Shown: one piece after another, positions 51,259 through 63,743 of the stretch
How the letters are laid out: each line of letters opens with the position of its first letter
How positions within the stretch are numbered: position 1 is the first letter of the stretch
NCBI GenBank assembly: GCA_963674945.2
Contig: CAXXWQ010000004.1
Span: 864,001 to 928,000 of the forward strand
DNA from: an uncultured Desulfosarcina sp.
GTDB lineage: Bacteria > Desulfobacterota > Desulfobacteria > Desulfobacterales > Desulfosarcinaceae
DNA length: 64,000 bases
Direction of reading: 5' to 3'
Notes under the pieces: generated by a model
What the model saw: only the letters and a program-made list of their open reading frames with translations
Told to the model about the DNA's origin: nothing
Database searches by the model: none
Made by a program: the position numbers and the translations under genes

Positions 51259-52884
51259 ATGACATTAATCAAAAATATTCAACACCTATTTCCACGGAGC
51301 ACTGATATACCGGAATCCCATGTAAGAGATATTCCCTGGATTCAGACCGGCTATCTCGTCAACGGTGAGATTCGGGCCTGGAACGGTCCACGCCGGGAAG
51401 TGCTCTCTCCCGTTTGGGTGGCCGACGACAATGGTCCCACACCCTTTTTCGTTGGTGAATATCCACTGTTGACGGAAAAGGAGGCGTTTCAGGCCCTCGA
51501 TGCGGCGGTTGCCGCCTATGATCATGGGCGGGGCTTGTGGCCTACCCTGTCCGTGGCCGAACACATCGAACATATGGAACGCTTCGTTTTCCGGATGATT
51601 GAAGCCAAGGACCCGGTCGTGCGATTTCTGATGTGGGAGGTAGGGAAATCCCTTCAGGATTCGGAAAAGGAATTTGACCGCACGATTAAATACATTAACG
51701 ACACCCTTGCCGCGCTGAAAGACCTGGATCGAATTTCTTCCCGGTTCACCATCGAGGAGGGAATCATCGGCCAGATCCGGCGCGCACCCTTGGGTGTTGT
51801 GCTCTGCATGGGACCGTTCAATTATCCGCTCAACGAGACTTTCACCACGATGATACCCGCGCTTATCATGGGCAACACCGTCATCCTGAAGCCGCCCAAG
51901 CACGGTGCGCTGCTTTACGCACCGCTTCTGGAAACCTTCCGCGATGTTTTCCCGAAAGGCGTCATCAACGTCATCTATGGTGAGGGGAGAAAAGTGATTC
52001 CTCCGCTCATGGCATCCGGCAGGATCAACGTGCTGGGTTTGATAGGCACGAGCAAGACGGCAAACGAATTGAAAAGACTACATCCCAACCCCAATCGCCT
52101 GCGCTGTGTGCTGGGGTTGGAGGCAAAGAATCCGGCCATTGTTTTAAAAGATGCCGATCTCGATCTGGCCGTGCGGGAATGCGTTCTCGGCTGCCTTTCC
52201 TTTAACGGGCAGCGCTGCACTGCCCTTAAGATTATTTTCGTTGAAGCCGGTATCGCGGGCGCGTTTCTCGACCGCTTCGCCGCAGCCGTTAATGCGCTGC
52301 CCTTTGGGATGCCATGGCAGGAAGGGGTTTTCCTGACACCGGTCGCGGAAAAAGGAAAGGCGGATTACCTGCGGGAACTGGTTACGGACGCTGTGGCCAA
52401 AGGCGCCCGGGTCGTGAATCCGGCAGGAGGAACGGTTTGCGGCAGCTTCTTTTTTCCTGCCGTCCTGTATCCGGTCAACCCTGACATGAAAGTGTATCAT
52501 GAAGAGCAGTTCGGACCGGTGATTCCAGCCCTGCCCTTCGATAAGATCGATGAACCCATCGCGTACATGATCGATTCCAGCTACGGCCAGCAGGTCAGCA
52601 TTTTCGGCAGCGATCCGGACCAGATTGCACGATTGATCGACCCGCTGGTCAACCAGGTTTGCCGGGTCAACATCAACAGCCAGTGCCAGCGGGGACCGGA
52701 CACGTTTCCCTTCACGGGACGAAAGGATTCCGCTGAAGGAACCCTTTCCGTATCCGACGCCTTGCGGGTATTTTCCATCCGGACCCTGGTCGCCGCCAAG
52801 CAGACGGAATTGAACAAACAGATCATCACCCGTATTGTGCGGGATCATAAAAGCAAATTTCTGGCGACTGACTTCATTTTGTAA
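51259..52884 (+). CDS. gapN: Non-phosphorylating NADP-GAPDH-like aldehyde dehydrogenase, copy 2
   Basis: AGGAG RBS before ATG 51259; close paralog of 31879..33504 with an identical C-terminus. Confidence 0.8.
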   Translation: MTLIKNIQHLFPRSTDIPESHVRDIPWIQTGYLVNGEIRAWNGPRREVLSPVWVADDNGPTPFFVGEYPLLTEKEAFQALDAAVAAYDHGRGLWPTLSVAEHIEHMERFVFRMIEAKDPVVRFLMWEVGKSLQDSEKEFDRTIKYINDTLAALKDLDRISSRFTIEEGIIGQIRRAPLGVVLCMGPFNYPLNETFTTMIPALIMGNTVILKPPKHGALLYAPLLETFRDVFPKGVINVIYGEGRKVIPPLMASGRINVLGLIGTSKTANELKRLHPNPNRLRCVLGLEAKNPAIVLKDADLDLAVRECVLGCLSFNGQRCTALKIIFVEAGIAGAFLDRFAAAVNALPFGMPWQEGVFLTPVAEKGKADYLRELVTDAVAKGARVVNPAGGTVCGSFFFPAVLYPVNPDMKVYHEEQFGPVIPALPFDKIDEPIAYMIDSSYGQQVSIFGSDPDQIARLIDPLVNQVCRVNINSQCQRGPDTFPFTGRKDSAEGTLSVSDALRVFSIRTLVAAKQTELNKQIITRIVRDHKSKFLATDFIL

Positions 52885-52970
52885 TTGAGAGGATTTCATG
52901 CCTGTTTCAGATTGCGAGACCTATTGTAAAATGTTGGACCGGGCTATGGAGAAGAACAAAGGTTTCAAGG

Positions 52971-53897
52971 ATGATTTACACCGTCACATTAAATCCTGCG
53001 CTGGACCGTTTCATCATAGTTGAGCAGTTACTGGCGGAAGACACCACCCGCATCCTTTCGGAAACGCCATATGCAGCCGGCAAAGGGATCGATGTATCCA
53101 GGGTGATCCGGGAATTGGGAGGCCAGAGTGTGGCCCTTGGTCTCGTTGGCGGCTATGATGGCCTGCAACTGGAAGGATTGCTCATCAATGCGGGTGTCGT
53201 TACCGATTTTACCCGGATTTCAGGCGAAACGCGAACCAATATTATTCTTCGCGAACAGGCAAAAGGCCGACAGTACGCTATCAGCGCCGCCGGGCCGGAA
53301 ATCAAGGCAACAGAAATCGGTATGTTTTTTCAACATGTGAATCAGGTACGGGATATGGATTACCTGATCCTGAGCGGAAGTCTACCACGCGGCATTTCAT
53401 CGAATCTTTATGGTCAACTGATCCTTGCCGGGAAGAAAAACGGCGCTTTCATCGTTCTGGATACGGATGGCAAATCACTGAGCGAATCAATAGAATATCA
53501 GCCGACCTGTATTAAACCAAATGCATATGAGCTGTCACGACTGGCGGGAAAGGAGCTTAAAACCGAATCTGAAATTATAGGCTTTTGTGAGAAAATTCAT
53601 ACAAAAGGAATTCCATATATCATTGTTTCGAGGGGAAAAGCGGGCTTGCTGTTATCTTCGGTCGAACAAAGAATCAAGGCTGTTGCACCTCCGGTGGAGG
53701 TGGACAGCGCCGTAGGCGCCGGTGATTCGGTGGTGGGTGGATTCGTGCTGGCGCATTCCCGGGGTAAAGACCTTGTGGACTGCATGCGGATCGCTTGCGC
53801 CGCGGGAACGGCAACCGCGCAAACACCCGGCACGGAGCTTTGTCATCGCAGGGATGTTGAAGATATTTCGACCAGGGTTACATTATCAAAATTATAA
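52971..53897 (+). CDS. pfkB: PfkB-family hexose-phosphate kinase (FruK/Pfk-2 type)
   Basis: MIYTVTLNPALD, AGKGIDVSR, GETRTN, SGSLP, IKPN, VGAGDS. Confidence 0.92.
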   Translation: MIYTVTLNPALDRFIIVEQLLAEDTTRILSETPYAAGKGIDVSRVIRELGGQSVALGLVGGYDGLQLEGLLINAGVVTDFTRISGETRTNIILREQAKGRQYAISAAGPEIKATEIGMFFQHVNQVRDMDYLILSGSLPRGISSNLYGQLILAGKKNGAFIVLDTDGKSLSESIEYQPTCIKPNAYELSRLAGKELKTESEIIGFCEKIHTKGIPYIIVSRGKAGLLLSSVEQRIKAVAPPVEVDSAVGAGDSVVGGFVLAHSRGKDLVDCMRIACAAGTATAQTPGTELCHRRDVEDISTRVTLSKL

Positions 53898-53978
53898 CTG
53901 AGAGATTCCTAATATACGATCTTGGCAACCTGTAAAAAACATCCCCTGCGATCCATATGACCAGGAAGATCCGAAAAA

Positions 53979-54125
53979 GGTCATATTTAACCAGCGGTAA
54001 AATATGACCTCTTTCCTATGACTTTTCCTCACTGCCCTGAAAGTGCTATGGAAACAAATTATCGTTAAATATCAAGATTATATTTAGCGTCCTTCCGAGT
54101 GTTGCATTCTGGCACAAAGATTGAA
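53979..54125 (+). promoter_or_regulatory. Sigma54 promoter module 4
   Basis: GGTCATATTTAACC-agc-GGTAAAATATGACC (53979-54009), extra box at 53949-53962; TAAATATCAAGATTAT (54066-54081); CTGGCACAAAGATTGAA with GG 54111-2. Confidence 0.82.
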
Positions 54126-54472
54126 ATGCTAATTTAATGAATCAACGGCAAAAGGAATCGGTTGTACCATTCAGGGGGTGTGTGGAAAGCAACCGGAGGT
54201 GGCCGCTCACCTGGACTTGCTTTTGTACTCCCTCATGGGACTTTCCCAGGTTGCCGTGGTGGGAAAAAAATCAGGCAGTTCCGACCATGACGTAAATGTG
54301 TTTACGGTTTATGCTTATATCAACGAAGCCCTTGCCGCCATACAAAGCGACGACCTGGATCTCAGAGATACTCCCTACCCACGGTTACCCGAAGTTAAAG
54401 CAATATGCCCATTTCTATGCCCATTACGGTACAAGGTGGCAAAATCAGATCAAAGAATTTCCAGAAGCTATT
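54126..54472 (+). pseudogene. hcp: Condensed relic of hybrid cluster protein (hydroxylamine reductase)
   Basis: Three in-order fragments: TAKGIGCTIQGVCGKQPEVAAHLDLLLYSLMGLS...; [10 protein letters not shown]...; [32 protein letters not shown]. Confidence 0.82.
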
Positions 54473-54492
54473 GAAACAACAGGAAAACGATT

Positions 54493-55908
54493 GTGGCCAT
54501 TGCCCTGCCAAAAACCAAAATTGTGTGTACCATCGGACCGGCCAGTGACTCGCCTGAAATCATAAGGGAATTGATCGTAAGCGGCATGCGCGTTGCCCGT
54601 TTGAATTTTTCTCATGGTACACACATTGACCATGAGAAAAAGATTCATGCCATCCGAAAAATCGCCGCGGATCTGGGAAAGCCGGTTGCCATATTACAGG
54701 ACCTCGGAGGACCAAAAATTCGGGTGGGGGTTATCCCTGAGCCAGGTATTCGATTGGAACCGGGACGTCATATTATTCTTACCACGCAGACCGTTGTGGG
54801 TTCGCAGCAGCGCATATCGGTTTCATATCCGTTTTTAAACGAACAAGTAAAGGAAGAGGATCGGATAATGCTCGCGGATGGCTTTTTGGAACTTCGGGTT
54901 GTTGAGGTAAGCGGATCTGAAATCCACTGTGAGATCATTACGGGCGGGGTGTTGACGTCTCACAAAGGAATCAATCTGCCGACCGGAAGCATTCGCATGC
55001 CTTCCATGACGGATAAAGACCGTGACGATCTGCATTTTGGCCTGGATCATGATGTGGATTATGTCGCGCTTTCATTTGTCAGGACGGCAACAGACATTCA
55101 GGACATAAAAGAAATCATCCGCCGGGAAAACAAGCATACACCGGTCATCGCCAAAATCGAAAAGCATGAGGCCATCGATCATTACGAAGAGATCCTGGAC
55201 GCTGGGGACGCAATCATGGTGGCCCGAGGTGACTTGGGGGTGGAGATACCCTTGGAAGAAGTACCCGGCATCCAAAAACGACTGATTCAAAAAGCCAATG
55301 CTTTGGGGAAACCGGTCATTACGGCTACCCAGATGCTGCGATCCATGGTAGATGCGCCACGACCAACCAGAGCCGAGGCCTCGGATGTAGCCAACGCTGT
55401 TTTGGACGGAACGGATGCCGTTATGCTTTCGGAAGAAACCGCCACGGGGAATTATCCGGTTCAAGCGGTTCGTTATATGATTCGCATCGTAGCCGAAGCG
55501 GAAAAAACCTACCCTCATGATCGGTACCTGAAAATGGTGCCTGAAAAGGAGGTTTCGGACGCGGTGACATATGCGGCTTGCGTTTTGGCGGACCACCTTG
55601 ATGCAGCTGCGATTTTAGCGCCTACACGGTCCGGACGGACAGCCATACACATCTCCAGGTTCAGACCCAAGCAACCGATTATTGCCTTTACGCCCAGCCG
55701 GACAACCCTAAGGCAACTCTCTCTTTTTCGTGGGATATACCCCCGCATGATTCCGAATCATCCGGACACGGATGACCTGATTGAAAAGGTATGCAAAAAT
55801 GCGGTTGAAACAGGCGATTTGATTGAAGGGAACCTGGCCGTCGTCACGGCCGGCAATCCGGTTTGGGTCGCCGGCATGACGAATGTGATTCGGGTTGTCT
55901 CTTTTTGA
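54493..55908 (+). CDS. pyk: Pyruvate kinase, copy 2
   Basis: GTG start; close paralog of 36514..37929 with the same motifs. Confidence 0.96.
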   Translation: MAIALPKTKIVCTIGPASDSPEIIRELIVSGMRVARLNFSHGTHIDHEKKIHAIRKIAADLGKPVAILQDLGGPKIRVGVIPEPGIRLEPGRHIILTTQTVVGSQQRISVSYPFLNEQVKEEDRIMLADGFLELRVVEVSGSEIHCEIITGGVLTSHKGINLPTGSIRMPSMTDKDRDDLHFGLDHDVDYVALSFVRTATDIQDIKEIIRRENKHTPVIAKIEKHEAIDHYEEILDAGDAIMVARGDLGVEIPLEEVPGIQKRLIQKANALGKPVITATQMLRSMVDAPRPTRAEASDVANAVLDGTDAVMLSEETATGNYPVQAVRYMIRIVAEAEKTYPHDRYLKMVPEKEVSDAVTYAACVLADHLDAAAILAPTRSGRTAIHISRFRPKQPIIAFTPSRTTLRQLSLFRGIYPRMIPNHPDTDDLIEKVCKNAVETGDLIEGNLAVVTAGNPVWVAGMTNVIRVVSF

Positions 55909-55965
55909 GAGAGGGTGATGTTGAAGAAATCCAAAAAAAACTAATAATTGAAAAGGAAACTAGAA

Positions 55966-57588
55966 ATGGCGGCAAAAGAGATAAAATACGGTACAAAGGC
56001 AAGGGCGAAGATGATGAAAGGAGTAGATGCCATGGCCGACGCGGTCATGGTGACCCTTGGGCCCAAGGGTCGCAATGTCCTCATCAATCAATCCTGGGGT
56101 TCTCCTAAACTTACCAAAGACGGCGTCACCGTCGCCAAGGAGATCGAACTGGAAGACCGGTTCGAAAACATGGGTGCACAGATGGTCAAGGAAGCGGCTT
56201 CAACGACGTCCGACGAAGCCGGAGACGGTACCACCACGGCAACTGTCCTGGCCCGGGCCATCTATCGTGAGGGTGCCAAACTCGCTGCGGCGGGGTTGAA
56301 TCCCATGTCCATCAAACGGGGCATGGACAAGGCAGTTGAATTGGTGGTGGAAGAATTGAAAAAGATGTCCAAGCCGACTGAGGACAAAAAAGATATCGCC
56401 CAGGTCGGAGCCATCTCGGCAAACAACGATCCTACGATTGGCGACCTGATTGCAGAGGCCATGGAAAAAGTGGGCAAGGAGGGCGTGATAACGGTGGAAG
56501 AAGCCAAGGTCATGGAGACGACGCTGAAGGTCGTTGAAGGATTGCAGTTTGACCGCGGCTACCTGAGCCCCTACTTTGTTACCGACCCGGAGAAGATGGC
56601 GGTTCATCTGGATGAGCCTTATATCCTTATGCATGAGGGAACGATCCGTACGATGCGGGATCTGCTTCCTATTTTGGAGCAGGTTGCGAAAACCGGCAAG
56701 CCCATCCTGATTTTAGCGGAAGATGTGACCGGCGAGGCGTTGACCACCATGGTGGTCAACAAACTGAGGGGAAGCTTGCATTGCGCGGCGGTCAAGAGCC
56801 CCGGCTTTGGTGAAAACCGCAAGGGTACGCTTGAAGATATTGCCATCCTGACTGGCGGCCGGGTGATCAGTGAGGATTTGGGCGTCAAATTGGAGACAGT
56901 ATCCCTGGAGGACCTGGGCACGGCCAAACGGATTACGGTAGAAAAGGACAATACGACGATCATCGATGGGGGTGGGGATCGCAATGCCCTGAAGGGAAGG
57001 ATCAAACAGCTCCGGGCGCAAATCGAAGCGACCACCAGCAATTACGACAAGGAACGGCTACAGGGCCGCCTGGCGAAATTGAGCGGGGGGGTGGCCGTCA
57101 TCAATGTGGGTGCTGCGACGGAGACGGAAATGAAAGAGAAAAAAGACCGAGTCGAGGATGCCCTCAATGCCACGCGTGCCGCCGTGGAGGAAGGTATCGT
57201 TCCCGGAGGCGGCGTCGCTTATATACGCGCCATGAAGGTGCTTGATTCCGCCCGATTCCCCAATGAAGAGCAGCTTGGCGTCAACCTTATTCAACGTGCC
57301 CTCGAAGAGCCGGTGCGACAGATTGCCGACAATGCCGGTTTTGAGGGCGCCGTGGTAATCCAGCACGTTAAGGACGGAGAGGGGAGTTTTGGATTCAATG
57401 CCGAAACCGAGATTTATGAAGACCTTATGCAGGCCGGCATCGTGGATCCGACCAAGGTTTCCCGATTGGCACTTCAACATGCCGCGTCCGTTGCCGGCCT
57501 TTTCATGACCACGGAAGCGATGATTGCGGATAAGCCTAAAAAAAGGAAATCCGCGGAGCCTGACATGCCCCCTGAGGATATGTATTAA
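55966..57588 (+). CDS. groL: Chaperonin GroEL paralog (no adjacent groES)
   Basis: [42 protein letters not shown]. Confidence 0.96.
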   Translation: MAAKEIKYGTKARAKMMKGVDAMADAVMVTLGPKGRNVLINQSWGSPKLTKDGVTVAKEIELEDRFENMGAQMVKEAASTTSDEAGDGTTTATVLARAIYREGAKLAAAGLNPMSIKRGMDKAVELVVEELKKMSKPTEDKKDIAQVGAISANNDPTIGDLIAEAMEKVGKEGVITVEEAKVMETTLKVVEGLQFDRGYLSPYFVTDPEKMAVHLDEPYILMHEGTIRTMRDLLPILEQVAKTGKPILILAEDVTGEALTTMVVNKLRGSLHCAAVKSPGFGENRKGTLEDIAILTGGRVISEDLGVKLETVSLEDLGTAKRITVEKDNTTIIDGGGDRNALKGRIKQLRAQIEATTSNYDKERLQGRLAKLSGGVAVINVGAATETEMKEKKDRVEDALNATRAAVEEGIVPGGGVAYIRAMKVLDSARFPNEEQLGVNLIQRALEEPVRQIADNAGFEGAVVIQHVKDGEGSFGFNAETEIYEDLMQAGIVDPTKVSRLALQHAASVAGLFMTTEAMIADKPKKRKSAEPDMPPEDMY

Positions 57589-57616
57589 TTTCCACTCCCC
57601 TAATCTTCGAATTTAT

Positions 57617-57664
57617 CCATGTTCACCATAGAACCAAACGGTTTTCTCCATCTGGTGAACATGG
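57617..57664 (+). terminator. Hairpin after groEL
   Basis: Perfect 12-bp stem CCATGTTCACCA / TGGTGAACATGG with a T-rich run shortly after. Confidence 0.5.
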
Positions 57665-57857
57665 CTCCTTGTTTTTCCGCCACCGGCTTCCGAAATTCCC
57701 TTGCCCTGGTTGCGTTCACCAAAAAAATAGAATAAAATAAAAAACTCATCATGGATAACCCGCAACTTCTTAAAAAAGCTGCCTGACTCGAAGGACCTGT
57801 TTTTTTAGGTGCAAACATACTACGCGACCAAGCATACGGATAGCGCGGAATAGACAA

Positions 57858-59339
<1,482 letters not shown>

Positions 59340-59345
59340 AATAGT

Positions 59346-59491
59346 GGCCAAATATGATCAATGGTCATATGCGGCCAATCTTATTATCTCCTTTTGCTCT
59401 GCCACCTTCATCTGCTCGATTTTTATTTTCTATTAAATCAGATCAATACAGTTAATTCTCGGTATCTACCAAACCCGGCATGAACCTTGAT
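59346..59491 (+). promoter_or_regulatory. Sigma54 promoter module 5 (directly after the activator gene)
   Basis: GGCCAAATATGATC-aat-GGTCATATGCGGCC (59346-59376); ATTAAATCAGATCAAT (59432-59447); CCGGCATGAACCTTGA with GG 59477-8 and GA 59489-90. Confidence 0.72.
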
Positions 59492-59678
59492 TATTAAGTT
59501 GACGGATGTCGTTGCATGGGACCCGGATATTCGTCAGCAACAAGCTATCCTCGATGAGGTGAAATGATGATAGCCCCTTTCGAAACGGTTCAAACCGAAA
59601 AAGGCACCCCCTTAATGAAAGAAATGATTGAAATCATCGACAAACCTTAAAAACTGGCATTGCCGGGAGGTCGCCGCC

Positions 59679-60002
59679 ATGATCGTTGTTCGCATTACCA
59701 TGCATGTGCTTCCGGAAAAACAGAAGGAGCTGGTACAAACGATTCTTTCCATGGTCGGGTCCATCGAGAAGGCGGCAGGCTGTATGAGTTACGCGCTTTT
59801 TTGCAATATGGAAGACAAAAACCTTCTGAACCTTATCGAGGAGTGGCAAACGCGAAAAGATTTGGAGCAACATTTAAAGTCCGACCTCTTTGGTGTTTTG
59901 CTGGGGACCAAGAGTCTTTTGGCCGAACCGCATGGAATTCAGATTCATACGATCCATCGATCGGAGGGAATGGAAGCCGTTCTTGCCGCCCGGAGGAAAT
60001 AG
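59679..60002 (+). CDS. ABM (antibiotic biosynthesis monooxygenase)-domain protein
   Basis: GGAGG RBS; ...AGCMSYAL...LNLIEEWQTRKDLEQHLKS. Confidence 0.85.
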   Translation: MIVVRITMHVLPEKQKELVQTILSMVGSIEKAAGCMSYALFCNMEDKNLLNLIEEWQTRKDLEQHLKSDLFGVLLGTKSLLAEPHGIQIHTIHRSEGMEAVLAARRK

Positions 60003-60149
60003 CACGGCCGCACCGATGCAGCCTACACCATCGTCGCTCTCGAAGGATTGACGTTTCGATAGGGTATAACCGCAGTGGAGAAGCGTTACGACACAGATAA
60101 AATCATTGTGCATAAATTATAATTTTATCACGCACGTGGAGAAATCAAA

Positions 60150-60395
60150 ATGGAATATTTTTGGATGATCTTAATTGGCTTGATTGTCGGATCGCTTGCC
60201 GGGCAATTTATGACCGGCAACGGTTTTGGGGTGGTCGGAGACATCATTACCGGCATGGTTGGTGCGCTGATCGGCGGACTTCTTTTTGAAAGAACAGGTC
60301 TTTTTGCAGGAAGCAGCATGATCGGGAGTCTGCTCGTCGCAACCGTTAGTGCAATTATCTTCCTGTATGGCATACGGGTATTTAATAAGGCATAG
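60150..60395 (+). CDS. GlsB/YeaQ/YmgE-family stress membrane protein
   Basis: ILIGLIVGSLAG...GVVGDIITGMVGALIGG...LLVATVSAIIFL. Confidence 0.9.
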   Translation: MEYFWMILIGLIVGSLAGQFMTGNGFGVVGDIITGMVGALIGGLLFERTGLFAGSSMIGSLLVATVSAIIFLYGIRVFNKA

Positions 60396-60404
60396 GTGGC
60401 GGCA

Positions 60405-62711
60405 ATGACATCGGTTATCAAGTATTACGAGGGAATCAACTCGGTTGCCGTCATCGGCAATTATTTGCCCCGTCAATGCGGTATCGCAACCTTTACTACA
60501 GATCTGGTTGACGGGTTGTCAGTCGAAGCACCCGAAATCAATTGCTGGGCGGCGGTTATGAATGACAAACCAGAGGGATACCCGTATCCGGACAAGGTGC
60601 GTTTCGAGATCAATCAGAACAAGTTAAGCGATTATCGTACCGCTTCTCAATTTCTAAACATCAGTCAGACGGATATCGTCTGTGTACAGCATGAATACGG
60701 TATTTTCGGAGGGATGGCCGGCAGTCATCTACTGGAACTGTTGGCTGATCTGCGCATGCCGGTAGTGACAACCTTGCACACAGTGTTGAAGGATCCCGCG
60801 CCGGAGTATCGTTCCGTCATGCGCAAGGTATCAGATCTGTCCGACAAACTAGTCGTAATGAGTCATAAGGCATCCGAGTTTCTCAAGGATATCTATGCAG
60901 TACCCGAGGAGAAAATTGTCTTTATCCATCATGGCATTCCCGATACGCCGTTTATCGACTCAAGCTTCTACAAAGACAAGTTCGGCGTCGAAGGCAAGAA
61001 GGTGTTGCTCACTTTCGGTCTGCTTTCCCCAAACAAGGGCATCGAAAATATGCTGCATGCGCTGCCGTCGATCATCAACGAGCACCCGGATGTGGTTTAT
61101 ATCGTCCTGGGGGCAACCCACCCGCACATTTTAAAATCACAAGGGGAGGCCTACCGGATCATGCTGCAACAACTCGTGCGCAAACTTGAAATCGTTGAGC
61201 ATGTCATTTTTCAAAATCGGTTTGTCGAACTCAAAGAGTTGTGCGAGTTTCTCGGCATTGCCGATATCTATGTAACCCCTTATCTCGAAGAGGCCCAGAT
61301 TGCCTCCGGGACCCTGGCCTACGCCATGGGCACCGGCAAAGCCATCGTTTCGACGCCATACTGGTATGCCACCGAGATGCTTTCCGAAGGCCGGGGCCGA
61401 ATCGTGCCTTTCAACAATCCGGACGCCATCGCCGAACAAATCATCGACCTGCTGGGCAATGATGTCACACGGCACGCCATGCGAAAAAAAGCCTATACCT
61501 TCACTCGTGAAGCGGTGTGGAAGGAAGTATCCCGGAAATACCTTCAGGTTTTCAATGAAGTGCGGCAAAACCGCACCCGTAATCCCCGTCCCCGGCATTC
61601 ATATGTCGAAAACATCAAGGCCATCACCAATTTCGAGCTGCCGGAGATCAAGCTCGACCACCTGAAAGCCTTCACCGATGATACCGGCATCCTGCAACAT
61701 GCCAATTATACCATCCCCGATCGCATCCATGGCTACTGCACCGATGATAATGCCAGAGCCCTGCTGGCTGCCGCCATGGGTCAAAAATATCTGCCGACCA
61801 ACGGCTTGGGACTCGATTTTCTCAGCGGTCATTATCTCGGATTCCTTCTGTATGCCTATAATGAAAAAAACGGCCGCTTTCGTAATTTCATGACCTATTC
61901 ACGACAGTGGATGGAGGAGATCGGGTCCGAGGACGCGCATGGAAGAGCACTCTGGTGCCTTGGTAGAGCAGTCGGTTTTCTGGACAATCCCGGACACCTG
62001 GCAATGAGCACAACCCTTTTTAACAAGGCCCTGCCGGCTGCTGAGAATTTCAGCTCGCCCCGCGCCATGGCCTTCTCTCTGATAGGCATACATGCCTACC
62101 TGAATAAATTTTCCGGCGACAGTGATGTGCGCAGAATCAGGAATGTTCTCGCCGACCGGCTTTTCGATCAGTTTACCAACTATGCAACCGACGATTGGCC
62201 CTGGCTTGAGAACGCCCTGAACTATGCCAACGGCAAACTGCCCCATGCCTTGCTGCTTTCGGGACATCGGATGCAACGCAGCGACATGGTCGATATGGGC
62301 CTCAAGGCCCTCACGTGGCTGCTCTTCATCCAGACCGAAGGTAACCACTTAGTCCCCATCGGCAACAACGGATGGTATGATCGAGACGGATCCAGAGCCC
62401 GTTTCGACCAGCAGCCCGTCGAGGCCAATGCCATGGTCGAAGCCTGTGTCGAAGCGTTTAACATTACCCGGGACCAAATCTGGTTTGAGAAGGCGGCCAT
62501 GTGCTTTAACTGGTTTCTCGGACAAAACGATTTGAATATGCCCCTCTATGACCCCAAGACCGGCGGATGCCGGGATGGATTGATGGCTAACGGCATCAAC
62601 CAGAATCAAGGCGCCGAATCCTCGCTTGCCTGGCTGCTCTCGCTGATGACCCTGCAGAATCTCTATGGCGAAGAGATACTCCATCAGTGGGCTTCACAGA
62701 AGACCGAATAA
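60405..62711 (+). CDS. GT4 glycosyltransferase fused to a six-hairpin glycosidase-like domain
   Basis: GNYLPRQCGIATFT, QHEYGIFG, SGTLAYA; C-terminal GYCTDDNARAL, FDQQPVE, NQGAESSLA. Start could be GTG 60396. Confidence 0.88.
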   Translation: MTSVIKYYEGINSVAVIGNYLPRQCGIATFTTDLVDGLSVEAPEINCWAAVMNDKPEGYPYPDKVRFEINQNKLSDYRTASQFLNISQTDIVCVQHEYGIFGGMAGSHLLELLADLRMPVVTTLHTVLKDPAPEYRSVMRKVSDLSDKLVVMSHKASEFLKDIYAVPEEKIVFIHHGIPDTPFIDSSFYKDKFGVEGKKVLLTFGLLSPNKGIENMLHALPSIINEHPDVVYIVLGATHPHILKSQGEAYRIMLQQLVRKLEIVEHVIFQNRFVELKELCEFLGIADIYVTPYLEEAQIASGTLAYAMGTGKAIVSTPYWYATEMLSEGRGRIVPFNNPDAIAEQIIDLLGNDVTRHAMRKKAYTFTREAVWKEVSRKYLQVFNEVRQNRTRNPRPRHSYVENIKAITNFELPEIKLDHLKAFTDDTGILQHANYTIPDRIHGYCTDDNARALLAAAMGQKYLPTNGLGLDFLSGHYLGFLLYAYNEKNGRFRNFMTYSRQWMEEIGSEDAHGRALWCLGRAVGFLDNPGHLAMSTTLFNKALPAAENFSSPRAMAFSLIGIHAYLNKFSGDSDVRRIRNVLADRLFDQFTNYATDDWPWLENALNYANGKLPHALLLSGHRMQRSDMVDMGLKALTWLLFIQTEGNHLVPIGNNGWYDRDGSRARFDQQPVEANAMVEACVEAFNITRDQIWFEKAAMCFNWFLGQNDLNMPLYDPKTGGCRDGLMANGINQNQGAESSLAWLLSLMTLQNLYGEEILHQWASQKTE

Positions 62712-62723
62712 CAAGGAACCGTC

Positions 62724-63743
62724 ATGCACATTGCCATGCTTGCGCCCATTGCCTGGCGTACACCGCCCCGCCACTACGGTCCCTGGGAGAACGTGGCGTC
62801 ACTGTTGACCGAGGGACTGGTCTTGCGCGGTTTTGACGTTACCTTGTTTGCAACCGCGGATTCGCAAACCAGCGGCAAATTGCATGCCGTTTGCCCAAGG
62901 GGCTATGAAGAAGATCGCTCACTCATCCCGAAAGTCTGGGAGTGCTTACATATTTCGGAACTTTTTGAGAATGCCGAGGCCTATGACATCATCCACAACC
63001 AATTTGATTTTCTGCCGTTGACATACGCCGGGCTGACCACAACGCCGGTCGTGACCACCATTCACGGCTTTTCATCGCCAGGGATCCTACCAGTTTACAA
63101 GAAATACAACGGCAGCGTGTCCTATGTTTCCATCAGTGATGCGGATCGATCGCCCGATCTTGATTATATCAAAACAGTTCATCATGGAATCGACATTCGG
63201 CAGTTTAATTTTCAGCCTGCCCCGGATGACTATCTGCTTTTTTTCGGGCGTATTCACCAGGACAAAGGCACCCGCGAAGCCCTGGAAATCGCCCGGATCT
63301 GTGGCAAAAAGCTGATCCTGGCCGGCATCATCCAAGATCAGGTCTACTTCGACCGATATATCGCACCGTACCTGGATAACGACAACGTGGTTTATGTGGG
63401 AAGCGTTGGACCTGAGGCGCGCAACCGTTTGCTCGGCAATGCCTTCGCGTTGCTGCACCCCATCCAGTTTGAGGAGCCTTTCGGTTTGTCCGTGATCGAA
63501 TCGATGGCCTGCGGCACGCCCGTGATCGCCTTCAATCGGGGCAGCATGCCGGAACTGATCGAAAACGGCAGAAACGGATTTTTGGTGGATAACGTGGAGG
63601 CAGCCATTGAGGCGCTTACACGGATCAAAGAGATCGACCGTGCAGCCTGTCGTCGCCATGTACAACGGCACTTCACCGTGGACCGCATGGTCCAGGAATA
63701 TATAGGGGTTTATGAAAAAATCGTAAGGAGAATTTCAGAATGA
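62724..63743 (+). CDS. GT4 glycosyltransferase
   Basis: PPRHYGPWE, FFGRIHQDKG, EEPFGLSVIESMACGTPV. Confidence 0.92.
   Translation: MHIAMLAPIAWRTPPRHYGPWENVASLLTEGLVLRGFDVTLFATADSQTSGKLHAVCPRGYEEDRSLIPKVWECLHISELFENAEAYDIIHNQFDFLPLTYAGLTTTPVVTTIHGFSSPGILPVYKKYNGSVSYVSISDADRSPDLDYIKTVHHGIDIRQFNFQPAPDDYLLFFGRIHQDKGTREALEIARICGKKLILAGIIQDQVYFDRYIAPYLDNDNVVYVGSVGPEARNRLLGNAFALLHPIQFEEPFGLSVIESMACGTPVIAFNRGSMPELIENGRNGFLVDNVEAAIEALTRIKEIDRAACRRHVQRHFTVDRMVQEYIGVYEKIVRRISE

Noticed and set aside
54178..54565. ORF-track entries of 98 aa and 89 aa as real genes
   Set aside because: They are two frames of the hcp relic.
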